Shown: in pieces, positions 50,184 to 61,345 of the stretch | Position numbering within the stretch: position 1 is the first letter of the stretch | How the letters are laid out: every line of letters begins with the position of its first letter | NCBI GenBank assembly: GCA_965116925.1 | Contig: OZ220744.1 | Coordinates: 3,744,001-3,808,000, forward strand | DNA: 64,000 nucleotides | DNA from: Candidatus Poribacteria bacterium | GTDB lineage: Bacteria; Poribacteria; WGA-4E; PCPOR2b | Direction of reading: 5' to 3' | The notes under the pieces: model-generated | Told to the model about the DNA's origin: nothing | Seen by the model: the letters and a program-made list of their open reading frames with translations, nothing else | The model's database searches: none | Program-made: the position numbers and the translations under genes

Positions 50184-52433
50184 ATGATTCATTACCTCAA
50201 TTTTTGGTGTCAGTTTTCAAGTGGTGGTATTCTGCGACACGGAAGCTATTTTTTCCTGTTAGCGATCTGCTATCTGTTACTTCCATTCGCTGTGTGTGCT
50301 AACTCCGGTCAGATGGAGTACAAGATTGAAGCATACCGAACATTTCAGAGCATTGAAGTCGATGGTGATTTTAATGAGTCTGACTGGCAGCACGCGAGTC
50401 CGATTAATCAGTTTTTCCAAATTGAGCCTAATGAAGGTGAGTCGATAAGCGAACCGACGGAGGTCCGCATCCTATACGACGATAAGAATATCTACTTCGG
50501 TTTTACCTGTTTCGACACAGATATGTCCAAGCTGGTTGCCAACGACATGCGTCATGACGCACGAGACCTGCATGAAAACGACAACGTCTTTCTGATATTA
50601 GACACTTATAACGATCAGCGCAACGGGTTTGCCTTCCGCATCAACCCGTTGGGGGCATACCAAGACAGAGCCGTAACGAACGGTGGAGACAGCTTAAATC
50701 GGAGCTGGGATGCGGTTGTGACGTGTCAGGCGAAGATCAATGGTGACCACTGGACAGCCGAACTCGGTATACCGTTCAGCCAACTCCGTTTTGACAAAAG
50801 TGACAGGATGACTTGGGGGATGAATGTGGGCCGGGGCGTTCGCAAGAACAATGAGGAAGCGATATGGGTGCCGGTGCCTAGGCAGTATGGGGGGATGGCG
50901 AAATACCGTCTCGGTAATCTCGGCAGCCTTGCGGGTTTAGAAGGGATTGCCCCATCTCGGCGTCTGGAACTGCTGCCTTATGTATTGCCGGGGATGAGTC
51001 ATACCGAAGGAGATGCCGGCACCGATGGGGTATTCGATGTCGGCTTGGACCTCAAGTACGGTATCAACTCTAACCTTACAGCGGATCTGACGTTTAACAC
51101 CGACTTTGCTCAAGTCGAAGCAGATGAGGAACAGGTCAACCTCACGCGCTTCAGCCTATTCTTTCCTGAGAAGCGCCCGTTCTTTTTAGAAGGAGCAGGG
51201 TTGTTTGATTTTGGCATTGGTCGTACTAGCTTCCGCCGTCCACCGCCGCTGCTGCTGTTTTATAGCCGCCGCATCGGTCTTGAAGAGGGGCGTGCCATCC
51301 CAATTATCACAGGTGGTAAGATCACCGGCAAAATGGGACCTTACGGCGTCGGTATGTTGAATGTGTTGACGAATGAATTGCACGATGATACAGATCCGGA
51401 GGACATTGTTGATGTCTCACGCACCAATTACTCCGTGTTGAGGTTGACGCGGGACCTTTTCAGCGGCTCACGTATCGGATTAATTGGTATCAATAAGCAA
51501 GATGGAGATGCCTACAATCGCGCTGGCGGATTCGATTTTTCATACCGTCCGGTAGACAATTTTGATGTACGTGGACTATGGGCGTATACTGCCGATTCGG
51601 ATGAGGCAGATGGGAGCGATAATGCGTGGTATATCGGCAGCACTTGGCGAAATGACCGGTTTCGGGTGGGTGGTTCATATACCGACATCGGTGAGAACTT
51701 TAACCCCGAAGTTGGATACATCCGGCGGGAGGGTATGCGTCAAATCCGGAGTGATATACGTTTTACCCCTTGGCCCAGAAAATTTGGGATTCGCCGCATC
51801 TGGACGGGTCCGGAATTTGACCTTGTCCTCAATCAGGACGGTGACTTAGAGACCCGTTCTATCCGCTACAGCAACTGGTTTGAACTGGAGAAAGGTGGTC
51901 GCTTACAATTTGAGGTGCGGCAGACTGCTGAACACCTTGAGGAGGATTTTGAAATCCGAGATGGTGTTATCATCCCCATTGATGAGTATAGCTTTGCATC
52001 TGCTAGGGTAGGGATTCAGACCGATGAAAGTAAAATGCTTGCTGCGGAATTTGATGTGGATTTTGGCCAGTTCTACAACGGCAATAGGCGAGGTTTTGAC
52101 ATCGGGGCAACCTTCAAACCGAGTGGACGTTTCGCCCTCGAATCTCAATATCAATTTAATCGGATAACCCTCCCCGGGGAAGAACCCTTCAATGCAAATG
52201 TCTTTGGCGGTCGTTTCGCCTATTCCTTCTCGACTCAACTCTTTGCGAAACTGTTTGCCCAGTGGAACAGCGACGATAATGTGGTCTCCACCAACTTTCT
52301 GCTCAACTACATCTACCGTCCAGGCAGCGATTTCTACCTCGTTTTCAACCAGATTTATGACAGCAACGGTGGGGGCGTCAGTCTTGACGAATCTACACTT
52401 GTTGGAAAGCTAACATATTGGTGGAATCCGTAA
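50184..52433 (+). CDS. CBM9-like + DUF5916 exported protein, paralog 3
   Basis: Same motifs; signal peptide. Confidence 0.85.
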   Translation: MIHYLNFWCQFSSGGILRHGSYFFLLAICYLLLPFAVCANSGQMEYKIEAYRTFQSIEVDGDFNESDWQHASPINQFFQIEPNEGESISEPTEVRILYDDKNIYFGFTCFDTDMSKLVANDMRHDARDLHENDNVFLILDTYNDQRNGFAFRINPLGAYQDRAVTNGGDSLNRSWDAVVTCQAKINGDHWTAELGIPFSQLRFDKSDRMTWGMNVGRGVRKNNEEAIWVPVPRQYGGMAKYRLGNLGSLAGLEGIAPSRRLELLPYVLPGMSHTEGDAGTDGVFDVGLDLKYGINSNLTADLTFNTDFAQVEADEEQVNLTRFSLFFPEKRPFFLEGAGLFDFGIGRTSFRRPPPLLLFYSRRIGLEEGRAIPIITGGKITGKMGPYGVGMLNVLTNELHDDTDPEDIVDVSRTNYSVLRLTRDLFSGSRIGLIGINKQDGDAYNRAGGFDFSYRPVDNFDVRGLWAYTADSDEADGSDNAWYIGSTWRNDRFRVGGSYTDIGENFNPEVGYIRREGMRQIRSDIRFTPWPRKFGIRRIWTGPEFDLVLNQDGDLETRSIRYSNWFELEKGGRLQFEVRQTAEHLEEDFEIRDGVIIPIDEYSFASARVGIQTDESKMLAAEFDVDFGQFYNGNRRGFDIGATFKPSGRFALESQYQFNRITLPGEEPFNANVFGGRFAYSFSTQLFAKLFAQWNSDDNVVSTNFLLNYIYRPGSDFYLVFNQIYDSNGGGVSLDESTLVGKLTYWWNP

Positions 52434-52595
52434 AGTGAAACGTGAAACGTAAAACGTGAGGCGTATAATTGAACACACCACATTCCAAGCAAGCGAACAA
52501 CATCGGGACCTGGTGAAAGATTGCCCATGTAATGAGATACTTTCCTTTGTTAATTCTTTTTTCCCGAACCCTATTTTGAGAAGGGAGCACTTCCT

Positions 52596-53531
52596 ATGAG
52601 CCAAGAGACGGTTTGGTTACTATCAGAAGAGGGCATCTTAGACTTCAACGGTGAACCAATCGACGATGCTCCATTTCAGCCTGCATCAATCACTTCGGGA
52701 GATGTGGGGCAAGATCGGTTGTCTATTATCGCTAATGGCCATGAGGTTTGGACGTATGCTTCGGGGACGTGGAATCAGCAGATATCAACGGACATCACCC
52801 TGAACTGCGTTTGTTGGACATCTGATGATCGGTTACTCGTGGGCACGGAACGCGCTCGGCTCGCATGGGTCGCCGATGGTGAGTTAAATTTTATCGACAG
52901 TTTTGACGCGGTGCCAGAACGTAGGCTGTGGAAAACGCCGTGGGGTGGACCTCCGGATGTACGCTCTTTGGCGGTCTCTACGGACGGAACCATCTACGCG
53001 AACATTCATGTCGGTTGGGTTGTCCGCTCATGTGACGGTGGCAAGACTTGGGAAAACCTTCAGAAAGGGTTGGAGATGGATGTACATCAGGTTGCTACGC
53101 ATCCATCCGATCCAGCGACCGTCTTCGCTGCGACCGCTAGCGGGTTCTATATCAGTAGGGACTATGGCGATACGTTTGTGCACCAGCGGAGTGGTATGCC
53201 CTACTATTATCAACGGGCATGCGCTTGCTTCCCTGAAAGCGATGTATACCTAGTTTCCACATCGCGAGGTCCCCACAGCAGGGTAGATGCCCAACTCTAC
53301 CGAAGCGATGACGCAGGCGAAAGCTGGGCGTTGGTCGCTGGTCTGCCTGAACAGATTGGTGAGAATATTGACACCTTTCAGATTATTATCGTTGGCGGGC
53401 TGGCTGCGTTGGTAGTTGTGGATGACACCGTTCTATACCAAACCGATGACTGTGGGCTAAATTGGCAAAAGGTAGCCGATTATCCGAGGTTGTTCGGTGG
53501 ACTCGTCGTTCAAATGCCACAAGCGGCTTGA
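52596..53531 (+). CDS. BNR/Asp-box beta-propeller protein
   Basis: RSCDGGKTW, SRDYGDTF, RSDDAGESW. Confidence 0.8.
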   Translation: MSQETVWLLSEEGILDFNGEPIDDAPFQPASITSGDVGQDRLSIIANGHEVWTYASGTWNQQISTDITLNCVCWTSDDRLLVGTERARLAWVADGELNFIDSFDAVPERRLWKTPWGGPPDVRSLAVSTDGTIYANIHVGWVVRSCDGGKTWENLQKGLEMDVHQVATHPSDPATVFAATASGFYISRDYGDTFVHQRSGMPYYYQRACACFPESDVYLVSTSRGPHSRVDAQLYRSDDAGESWALVAGLPEQIGENIDTFQIIIVGGLAALVVVDDTVLYQTDDCGLNWQKVADYPRLFGGLVVQMPQAA

Positions 53532-53590
53532 GATTTGGTTTTTCTTTTGCTTAGCTTCCACAAATCTACCCGTAGGAGAAACTAATACCG

Positions 53591-55900
53591 TTGGTACATC
53601 AAGAGATGTTAGATACATTACCTACTTCAATAGAAACAGCTTTAAGGACGACGAACATTTCTTTAGACAAGGTAAGGTTCGCCGCACAGAGCGATCTCAA
53701 TCCCGATGGTCTGTTCGGTGAAAGTTGGTTCGTCCTGACCGAGACAGAATTCTTAGCACTTGATGCAGCAGGCGTTGTTCTCCATCGCGTGCCATATAGC
53801 GAAGTGATCGAGGTGCGCTCAGAAGCGGTCGTTGACGGGGGAATTCTCGTTCTGGAGATGATGGGGGATGCCCTTGATCTCATCCGTTACTCAAATGGGC
53901 TGATACCGAAGTTTGGGTATATAGCGAAATTTCTCAGTGAGGAGATTGAGCACCGGCAAGGGAAACGCGACGAAGCACCGATGTGGGAGTACGAAGAAGA
54001 GCAGAAGTTCTGCAAGGCATGTGGCTTACCGCTGCCCGATGTGTTTCTGCCGTGTCCGGCGTGCACTAAAAAACATCGTGTTATGCTGCGCATTCTCTCC
54101 TATCTCAAGCCACATAAGAAGCGGGCGGCTGTGGTGGTGTTGCTCATGCTTGTCTCAACACTGATTGCGCTCATGCCTCCCTATTTTACAAAGATCCTCA
54201 TTGACGATGTGTTGAAGTTAAACGAAGACCTCGCAGCAGCGCAAGGTGCTGCAAAAACGGCGGTGGGTCAATTCTTTCGGTCGTTTGAGACAGCAGCACT
54301 TGCGTTGACGGTTGCCGTCGGTTGTCTTATAGTGGCGCATATCCTCACCCATATCCTTGATATTTTTCGCGGGCGTTTGGCCGCATGGCTGACCTTCCGC
54401 ATGATAGCAGACATCCGTGACCAGATTTACGAGCGACTGCATGGGCTTTCCCTTCGATTTTTCGATAAACGCAAGACTGGGACTGTTATCTCTCATATCA
54501 CAGAGGATAGTACGCGCCTACAGTGGTTTCTATTGGATGGACTCCAGTTCCTTGTTATCGACCTGTTGATGCTCTTTGGCATTGGTGCTTTCCTATTTTC
54601 GATGAACTGGAGGTTGGCGTGCTTTATCCTAATTCCAATCCCATTGGTAGTTCTCGGCGCAAGGTGGTTCTGGAAGAAGGTTCGTGGACTCTGGCATCGG
54701 GCGTGGCGGCGAAGATCGAAGATGTACGATATTGTGAACGACTCGGTCTCCGGTATCCGTGTTGTTCGGGCGTTTGGTCAGCAGAAGAGTGAGGTCGGAC
54801 GGTTTTCCTATACGAACGAAGATGCCCGCAATTACGACACGGTTGCCGAAAAGGTTTGGGCAACCTATTATCCGTTGCTGCAGTTTGCTGTTCAGTTAGG
54901 AACGATTATCGTCTGGTATGCTGGGGGATTGCAGATTCTCACTGACGGAATGACATTCGGCACATTGATGGCGTTTCACTTTTATTTAGCGATGTTCTAC
55001 GGACCGTTACGGCATTTGAGTCCAATGGTTAACTGGGCATCGCGAGCGATGACAGCGGCGGAACGGATCTTTGAGGTCATCGACTCCGAGCCAGAGCAGT
55101 TAGATGACAGTAGGCTCGTCTCAAAATCAAAACTCCAAGGAGAGGTCAAATTCCACAATATGACCTTCGGCTATGATTCGCATAAGCCTGTCCTCCGAGA
55201 CATCAACCTCCACGTCAAACCGGGTGAGATGATCGGCTTAGTTGGGCATTCTGGAGCAGGCAAATCGACACTGATTAATCTGATTTGCCGGTTTTACATA
55301 CCGGATTCAGGGAGCATCACCATTGATGGTATAGATATAACGAAAATTCGCCTTGAGGACCTGCGACAGCAGATTGGCGTCGTACTCCAAGAACCGTACC
55401 TTTTCAATGGAACCATTGCGGAGAACATCGCCTACGCCAAGCCGGGAGCGGGGATGGAAGCTGTCATTACCGCCGCAAAGGCTGCCAACGCCCACGAGTT
55501 CATTGTGAAATTTCCTGACGGATACGACACAGAGGTTGGCGAGCGGGGTGGTAGGCTGTCCGGCGGAGAACGGCAGCGGATATCAATTGCACGGGCAATT
55601 CTGCATAATCCACGCATCCTGATTCTTGATGAGGCGACTTCGTCGGTTGACGTTCAGACGGAGCGCAAAATCCAACAGGCGATTGATCGACTTGTTCAGA
55701 ACCGAACGACTTTTGCCATTGCCCATCGGCTCTCCACACTGCGGAATGCAGATCGCCTCTTCGTCATAGATAAGGGGCGGGGTGTCGAATGTGGATCGCA
55801 TGAGGAGTTGATGGAGCAGAAGGGAATTTACTACAACCTCGTTGAAACACAGCGGCAAGCCTCCGAGATTCGCTCAGAGGCGCAAGCTGTTGAGAGGTAA
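53591..55900 (+). CDS. Fused ABC exporter (TMD+NBD) with N-terminal extension and zinc ribbon
   Basis: CKAC...CPAC; GHSGAGKST, LSGGERQR, ILDEATS. Confidence 0.92.
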   Translation: MVHQEMLDTLPTSIETALRTTNISLDKVRFAAQSDLNPDGLFGESWFVLTETEFLALDAAGVVLHRVPYSEVIEVRSEAVVDGGILVLEMMGDALDLIRYSNGLIPKFGYIAKFLSEEIEHRQGKRDEAPMWEYEEEQKFCKACGLPLPDVFLPCPACTKKHRVMLRILSYLKPHKKRAAVVVLLMLVSTLIALMPPYFTKILIDDVLKLNEDLAAAQGAAKTAVGQFFRSFETAALALTVAVGCLIVAHILTHILDIFRGRLAAWLTFRMIADIRDQIYERLHGLSLRFFDKRKTGTVISHITEDSTRLQWFLLDGLQFLVIDLLMLFGIGAFLFSMNWRLACFILIPIPLVVLGARWFWKKVRGLWHRAWRRRSKMYDIVNDSVSGIRVVRAFGQQKSEVGRFSYTNEDARNYDTVAEKVWATYYPLLQFAVQLGTIIVWYAGGLQILTDGMTFGTLMAFHFYLAMFYGPLRHLSPMVNWASRAMTAAERIFEVIDSEPEQLDDSRLVSKSKLQGEVKFHNMTFGYDSHKPVLRDINLHVKPGEMIGLVGHSGAGKSTLINLICRFYIPDSGSITIDGIDITKIRLEDLRQQIGVVLQEPYLFNGTIAENIAYAKPGAGMEAVITAAKAANAHEFIVKFPDGYDTEVGERGGRLSGGERQRISIARAILHNPRILILDEATSSVDVQTERKIQQAIDRLVQNRTTFAIAHRLSTLRNADRLFVIDKGRGVECGSHEELMEQKGIYYNLVETQRQASEIRSEAQAVER

Positions 55901-55902
55901 AC

Positions 55903-56478
55903 ATGAACACGGAAAAAGAAAAGATGTCTAAGGGTATCGCCGCTTTGGAATCGGGTCCTCCACTCCCAATCGGAGTTGAAGATGATGATTTCACGCCGAG
56001 ATATTTGGATCCGGAGAAGATACGCCTGTTTCGGTCGCCGATGGGTGCTCCTCGTCTGGAAATCCTAGAGGAGGTCTGCTACACTCGCGTGGCGGTGCGT
56101 CGCATTCTCCCGTTGAGTGATCCCGATCGTTATATTTCGCTTGGGATTGGAGAGGAGGTGGAGATCGGCATCATTGAGGATCCATCACGACTCAACTCCG
56201 AAAGCCGCGAAATCCTTCGCGAGGAGCTCGATAAGCGATACTTTACACCTATCATACAGAAGGTTCATCGCGTCAAGGAGCGATTCGGCATCCATGACTG
56301 GGAGGTTGAAACATCGCGCGGCCGGATCACGTTCTCTGTACAGGGGCTCCATCAGAACGTTAGGCAGTTTCCACCTGCCCGACTGCTTGTAACAGATGTC
56401 CGTGGGAATCGGTACGATATTCCAGACTATCATAGACTCGATTCGCACAGTTTTAATCAGATTCAGCGACACCTGTAG
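55903..56478 (+). CDS. DUF1854 protein
   Basis: RRILPLSDPDRYISL, KRYFTPII, WEVETSRG, TDVRGNRY. Confidence 0.85.
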   Translation: MNTEKEKMSKGIAALESGPPLPIGVEDDDFTPRYLDPEKIRLFRSPMGAPRLEILEEVCYTRVAVRRILPLSDPDRYISLGIGEEVEIGIIEDPSRLNSESREILREELDKRYFTPIIQKVHRVKERFGIHDWEVETSRGRITFSVQGLHQNVRQFPPARLLVTDVRGNRYDIPDYHRLDSHSFNQIQRHL

Positions 56479-56586
56479 GTTGATGAATGGACTGGTGCTT
56501 TGAACTGTTTTGAACAATCAAAGCAGCCTGAACCTCCGCATGGAAAACTTTGCCCGAAGCTTAGGATTCGTTACGGGAGACAAGTT

Positions 56587-58836
56587 ATGACTGACCATTT
56601 TAGTTTTTGGAACCAATTTCCACTCTGTAGAATTACCCATAACGGCAAATTATTTCTCTATCTGGCTGTTTGCTTTTTGTCAGTTCCATTGATTGTAAAT
56701 GCAAGCCCGGATTCTATAGAGTATACAGCCGAAGCATATCGAACCTTTCAAGCCATTGAGGTTGATGGAGATCTTACCGAATCTGATTGGCAGAACGCCA
56801 AGCGGATCGGTGGGTTTGTGCAAATGGAACCGGACGAGGGGCAGCCGATGACGGAAGCAACGGAGGTCCGAATTCTTTACGATGAGAAAAATATTTACTT
56901 CGGTTTTACCTGTTTTGACTCGGATATTTCTAAGGTGGCTGCCAACGAGATGCGCCGCGACGGCAATCTATGGGACAACGACAACGTCTTTGTACTTTTA
57001 GATACCTATGACGACCAACGGAGCGGATTTTTCTTCCGCGTCAATCCGTTGGGGGCAATGGAAGATGTCGCTATAATGGACAACGGAGACAGTCGGAACG
57101 AAAACTGGGATGCCGTCTGGGACTGTCGCACAAAAGCCAATGAGAAGTACTGGACAGCGGAGATTGGTATTCCGTTCAGTCAACTCCGTTTCAATCAAAG
57201 CGATGTAATGACATGGGGAATGAACATGGGACGGAGCGTCATGCGAAATCAGGAGGAGGGGATGTGGACGCCGATTTCCAGAGCACATGGTTGGCAAGCC
57301 AGATATCGCACTGCCAACATTGGTCGTTTGGTGGGTTTGAAAGGAATTGCGCCCTCCCGGAATCTAGAATTGTTGCCTTACGTTTTGCCGGGGGTGAGCC
57401 GAATTGAGGCAGACAATGATACGAACGGGGAGTTTGAAGTTGGTCTTGATGCCAAGTATGGGATTACCTCAAATCTTATCGCCGATCTCACCTTCAATAC
57501 CGATTTCGCTCAAGTTGAAGCGGATGAGGAACAGGTCAACTTAACCCGTTTCAGTCTGTTTTTTCCAGAGAAACGGCCTTTCTTCTTAGAAGGTGCCGGG
57601 CTGTTTGATTTCGGTATCCCACGCACCAGTTTCCGTCGACCGCCTCCATTGCTCCTCTTTTACAGTCGCCGTATTGGCCTTGCGGAAGGGCAGGCGGTCC
57701 CGATTATTACCGGCGGCAAGATTACCGGCAAAGTGGGACCTTACGGAATCGGTCTGTTAAATGTGTTTACGGACAAGTTTCACACCGATCCCTCTGTTAC
57801 TGATCCGGATGAAATCGTTGATGAACCACGCACAAACTACTCCGTATTGCGGATGAGACGGGACTTCTTTAAAGGTTCCACCGTTGGACTGATTGCGGTC
57901 AATAAACAAGACGCTGACACATACAACCGCGCAGGTGGATTTGACGTTGCGTATCGTCCTGCCGATAATATCAACTTCCGTGGGCTCTGGGCTCGTACTT
58001 TTGAAGATGATGTGTCAGACCAAAGGGATGCTTTGTACTTTGGGGGTGATTGGCGGAATGAGAATTTACGTTTGGAGGGTTCATACATAGATATTGGCGA
58101 GAACTTTCACCCCGAAGTCGGATTTGTCCGTCGGCAGGATGTTCGCCGCTTCCGCGGTGAGATGCGATTTACACCTATACTTGCTAAATTTGGGATTCGT
58201 CAAATTTGGGCGGGACCGGAATTTGATTTCATTCTCAATCGAGATAATGAGCTAGCAACCCGAGAGTTTACATACATGAACTGGTTTGAGCTAGAGGGTG
58301 GAGGCTGGTTTGGTTTTCAGGCACAGCGAACCTTTGAACGTCTCGACGAGGATTTTGAAATTCGCGATGATATAACGATCCCGGTTGACGAATATCATTT
58401 CAATTCCTTCCGGGTGTCGATTAACACCGATGATACGAAAATAGTGTCTCTCCAATTAGGAACGAATTTTGGGGGGTTCTTCGATGGGGAAAGGGTCGGT
58501 TTTGATATCGGACCGGATTTCAAGCCAAATGGGCACTTCAGTCTTGAGCCGCGTTTTCAATTTAATCGGGTTACCCTTCCTGCGGGTTCATTCAATGCGA
58601 GCATTTTCGGTACGCGTGTGAGCTATTCCTTTTCCACAAGATTCTTTACTAAATTGTTTGCCCAATGGAACAGCGATAGCAATGTATTTTCCACCAACTT
58701 TCTACTCAACTACATCTACCGCCCCGGCAGCGACTTCTACCTTGTTTTCAACCAAATCTATGACAGCAACAGCTCAAATGCTAAACTGGCGGAGACCACA
58801 TTTGTCGGAAAGATGACTTATTGGTGGAATCCGTAA
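56587..58836 (+). CDS. CBM9-like + DUF5916 exported protein, paralog 4
   Basis: Same motifs; ends TYWWNP. Confidence 0.85.
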   Translation: MTDHFSFWNQFPLCRITHNGKLFLYLAVCFLSVPLIVNASPDSIEYTAEAYRTFQAIEVDGDLTESDWQNAKRIGGFVQMEPDEGQPMTEATEVRILYDEKNIYFGFTCFDSDISKVAANEMRRDGNLWDNDNVFVLLDTYDDQRSGFFFRVNPLGAMEDVAIMDNGDSRNENWDAVWDCRTKANEKYWTAEIGIPFSQLRFNQSDVMTWGMNMGRSVMRNQEEGMWTPISRAHGWQARYRTANIGRLVGLKGIAPSRNLELLPYVLPGVSRIEADNDTNGEFEVGLDAKYGITSNLIADLTFNTDFAQVEADEEQVNLTRFSLFFPEKRPFFLEGAGLFDFGIPRTSFRRPPPLLLFYSRRIGLAEGQAVPIITGGKITGKVGPYGIGLLNVFTDKFHTDPSVTDPDEIVDEPRTNYSVLRMRRDFFKGSTVGLIAVNKQDADTYNRAGGFDVAYRPADNINFRGLWARTFEDDVSDQRDALYFGGDWRNENLRLEGSYIDIGENFHPEVGFVRRQDVRRFRGEMRFTPILAKFGIRQIWAGPEFDFILNRDNELATREFTYMNWFELEGGGWFGFQAQRTFERLDEDFEIRDDITIPVDEYHFNSFRVSINTDDTKIVSLQLGTNFGGFFDGERVGFDIGPDFKPNGHFSLEPRFQFNRVTLPAGSFNASIFGTRVSYSFSTRFFTKLFAQWNSDSNVFSTNFLLNYIYRPGSDFYLVFNQIYDSNSSNAKLAETTFVGKMTYWWNP

Positions 58837-59003
58837 CGTAAAATTTTCCACTTGGTAGACTCTCACGCTTAACCAGGCGAACCTCCTTTCAAATTTACCA
58901 ATTCCCCATCCTCGGCGTATTTTTGCGGTTGACAGTTTATGTTGGCATAGATTGTGCTTGTTTAAAAATCGTATTTTTACGTTTAACGTTTCCGGGGGAT
59001 ACC

Positions 59004-61325
59004 ATGAAACGCTTAATTTTATCGCTTTCAGTTTTTTTCGCTGTCCTTTTCTGTGTAAACAGCTATGCTGAGTTTCCACACCAATTTCTGTTCGGACATA
59101 CAGGCCGTGCGCTTGCCGTTGCGTTTAGCCTTGATGGAAGGTGGCTTGCCTCCGGCGGTGCGAATGAGATTCTCATCTGGGAGCCCGGTGCCGATGAGCC
59201 AATTTACACACTCACTGGACACACAGGAAAAATCCAAGACCTTGCTTTCCGCCCCAACGGCAATCTAGCATCTGCTTCAGTTGATGGGACGGTACGGTTG
59301 TGGGATATATCGACACAACAACAGATTCGTGTGTTCGAGGGGCACGCTGGACAAGTCACATCTGTAGATTTTAATTCCTCTGGCAGACGCATTGTTTCTG
59401 GTTCGCGAGATCGAACGCTCAAGCTATGGGAAACCGACACCGGTAAACTTCTAGCGACGTTTGAAGGGCATACAGACGTTGTCTGGTCCGTTGCGTATAG
59501 CCCAGATGGCAGCATAATCGCCTCCGGATCAGAGGATGGCACTGTGCGTCTTTGGAATGCCTCAAATGGTTCACCACTCCACAGCTTGACTGGACATACA
59601 CAAGGGGTTCTTTCTGTTGTGTTCCATCCCCATAGCAACCTCATCGCGTCAGGGGCTAGGGATGGAACTGTTCGACTCTGGCACATCAATTCGCTAGAAT
59701 CCAGCGATCCTATTGGGGATGCAGAGCCATTTGCGACCTATGACCGCCAAGTTATGTCAGTCCGTTTTAATCCGAGCGGACGAATCCTCGCCATTGGTCT
59801 GCTGAATTCACCGACTGACAACACCCTTAAACTGTGGGATGTCCCCACCCGCTTTGAACTCCAATCTTTCGATACGCAAATCGTACATGATTTATCTTTC
59901 AATCCAACTCATCCGCAACTTGCAGTTGTGGGGTCAGTTGAAGGAACGATTACGATTTGGAATTCGAGTTATCCAAGGCCGGTGCTCCTTGAACCGCAAA
60001 GGGGCGAGTTGGTCAATCCCTCACAAATCAACTTGAGATGGGAAGCCGTTGAAAATGCAGTTTACTATGATGTCGAAATTTCAAACAATTCAAATTTTAC
60101 TGCGGCAAGCACGCAGTTTATGACTGTTACCGCCAACGAGTTATCCTTTGAGGGTAAGAACAATATTTCCCACTATTGGTGGCGTGTAAGTGCCGGTAGT
60201 TTCGGTAGGGTCAGTGATTGGTCTGAGGTCCGAGATTTCCGAGCCCCAAGTTGTGCGGTGAGGATCGTACCGTCGGCTCGACGGATCAATTTAGGAGAGG
60301 AGTTTGCAGTCGACGTTTTCGTCGAATCTGTTATCGACTTAAGAGGATTTGAGTTTGATTTGCAATGGACCAATCCTGATGTACTTACGTTTGTGACTGT
60401 CACCAAGTTCCGAACTGTTTTTGGAGAATCTGGAATTGGGCATCAGCCGACAGAGCCACCAGACCAGATAAATGGGATATACAAAGATGTCAGTGCTGCC
60501 AAAACCGGAGCTAGCGGAGTAACTGGTAGCGGCATCATGTTAGGTGCTTCATTTCGGGCAAAAGCTGTTGGATCGAGCAAAATTCAGTTGCAAAATATGA
60601 TTCTTGTCGACTCAAATGAAGAGCGACTCGACTGTGAAATTCACGAGTTAAAAGTGATGGTCGAAGACCCTGTCCGCCCTTGGGATGTCAACGCCGATGG
60701 GGTTGTAAACATTTTCGATCTTAGCATTGTCGTGCGATCCATAGGGCAGCCAATTCCGACACATTCGGATATTTATCCAGATGTCAATGGTGACGGCGTT
60801 ATCGATCTCAATGATTCTCTGCTGGTAAGTGCACATTTTGGTGAGTCTTATCAGATTGGTGAAACCCGTGCTGCTCCGCAATCCGCTGGTGAATCCCTGT
60901 ACTTAATTCCACCATCGATACGCAAGCAGCTTGAATCAATTTACCACGAACTCCTGTTGATGCCTAATAATTCCCCGGAGTTTATTCGGGCTAGACAGGT
61001 CTTGCAATATCTCCTTTTCCCATCTGTCCCAGCGCATAATCAGTTGCTGCAAAACTATCCAAATCCATTCAATCCAGAGACGTGGATTCCCTTCCACATC
61101 GCTTCAGCCGGTCAGGTCACGATTGGGATTTATGACGCTGCTGGGGCACTGATTCGTCAACTTGACTTGGGATACCTGAAGCCCGGACGCTATCTGACTC
61201 GAGGAAGCGCAGCGTACTGGAACGGGAAGAATGTATACGGTGAGTCCGTCGCCAGCGGGATCTATTTCTACACCCTTTCCACAGCGTCCTTCCAAGCAAC
61301 CCGGAAAATGATTATCAGTAAATAG
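59004..61325 (+). CDS. Secreted WD40 + FN3-like + cohesin + dockerin protein with FlgD/T9SS-A-like tail
   Basis: GH...WD repeats; WEAVENAVYYDVEIS; DLRGFEFDL; DVNADGVVNIFD and DVNGDGVIDLND; LLQNYPNPFNPETWIPF. Confidence 0.85.
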   Translation: MKRLILSLSVFFAVLFCVNSYAEFPHQFLFGHTGRALAVAFSLDGRWLASGGANEILIWEPGADEPIYTLTGHTGKIQDLAFRPNGNLASASVDGTVRLWDISTQQQIRVFEGHAGQVTSVDFNSSGRRIVSGSRDRTLKLWETDTGKLLATFEGHTDVVWSVAYSPDGSIIASGSEDGTVRLWNASNGSPLHSLTGHTQGVLSVVFHPHSNLIASGARDGTVRLWHINSLESSDPIGDAEPFATYDRQVMSVRFNPSGRILAIGLLNSPTDNTLKLWDVPTRFELQSFDTQIVHDLSFNPTHPQLAVVGSVEGTITIWNSSYPRPVLLEPQRGELVNPSQINLRWEAVENAVYYDVEISNNSNFTAASTQFMTVTANELSFEGKNNISHYWWRVSAGSFGRVSDWSEVRDFRAPSCAVRIVPSARRINLGEEFAVDVFVESVIDLRGFEFDLQWTNPDVLTFVTVTKFRTVFGESGIGHQPTEPPDQINGIYKDVSAAKTGASGVTGSGIMLGASFRAKAVGSSKIQLQNMILVDSNEERLDCEIHELKVMVEDPVRPWDVNADGVVNIFDLSIVVRSIGQPIPTHSDIYPDVNGDGVIDLNDSLLVSAHFGESYQIGETRAAPQSAGESLYLIPPSIRKQLESIYHELLLMPNNSPEFIRARQVLQYLLFPSVPAHNQLLQNYPNPFNPETWIPFHIASAGQVTIGIYDAAGALIRQLDLGYLKPGRYLTRGSAAYWNGKNVYGESVASGIYFYTLSTASFQATRKMIISK

Positions 61326-61345
61326 GAGAAGTATTTCAATGAAGA

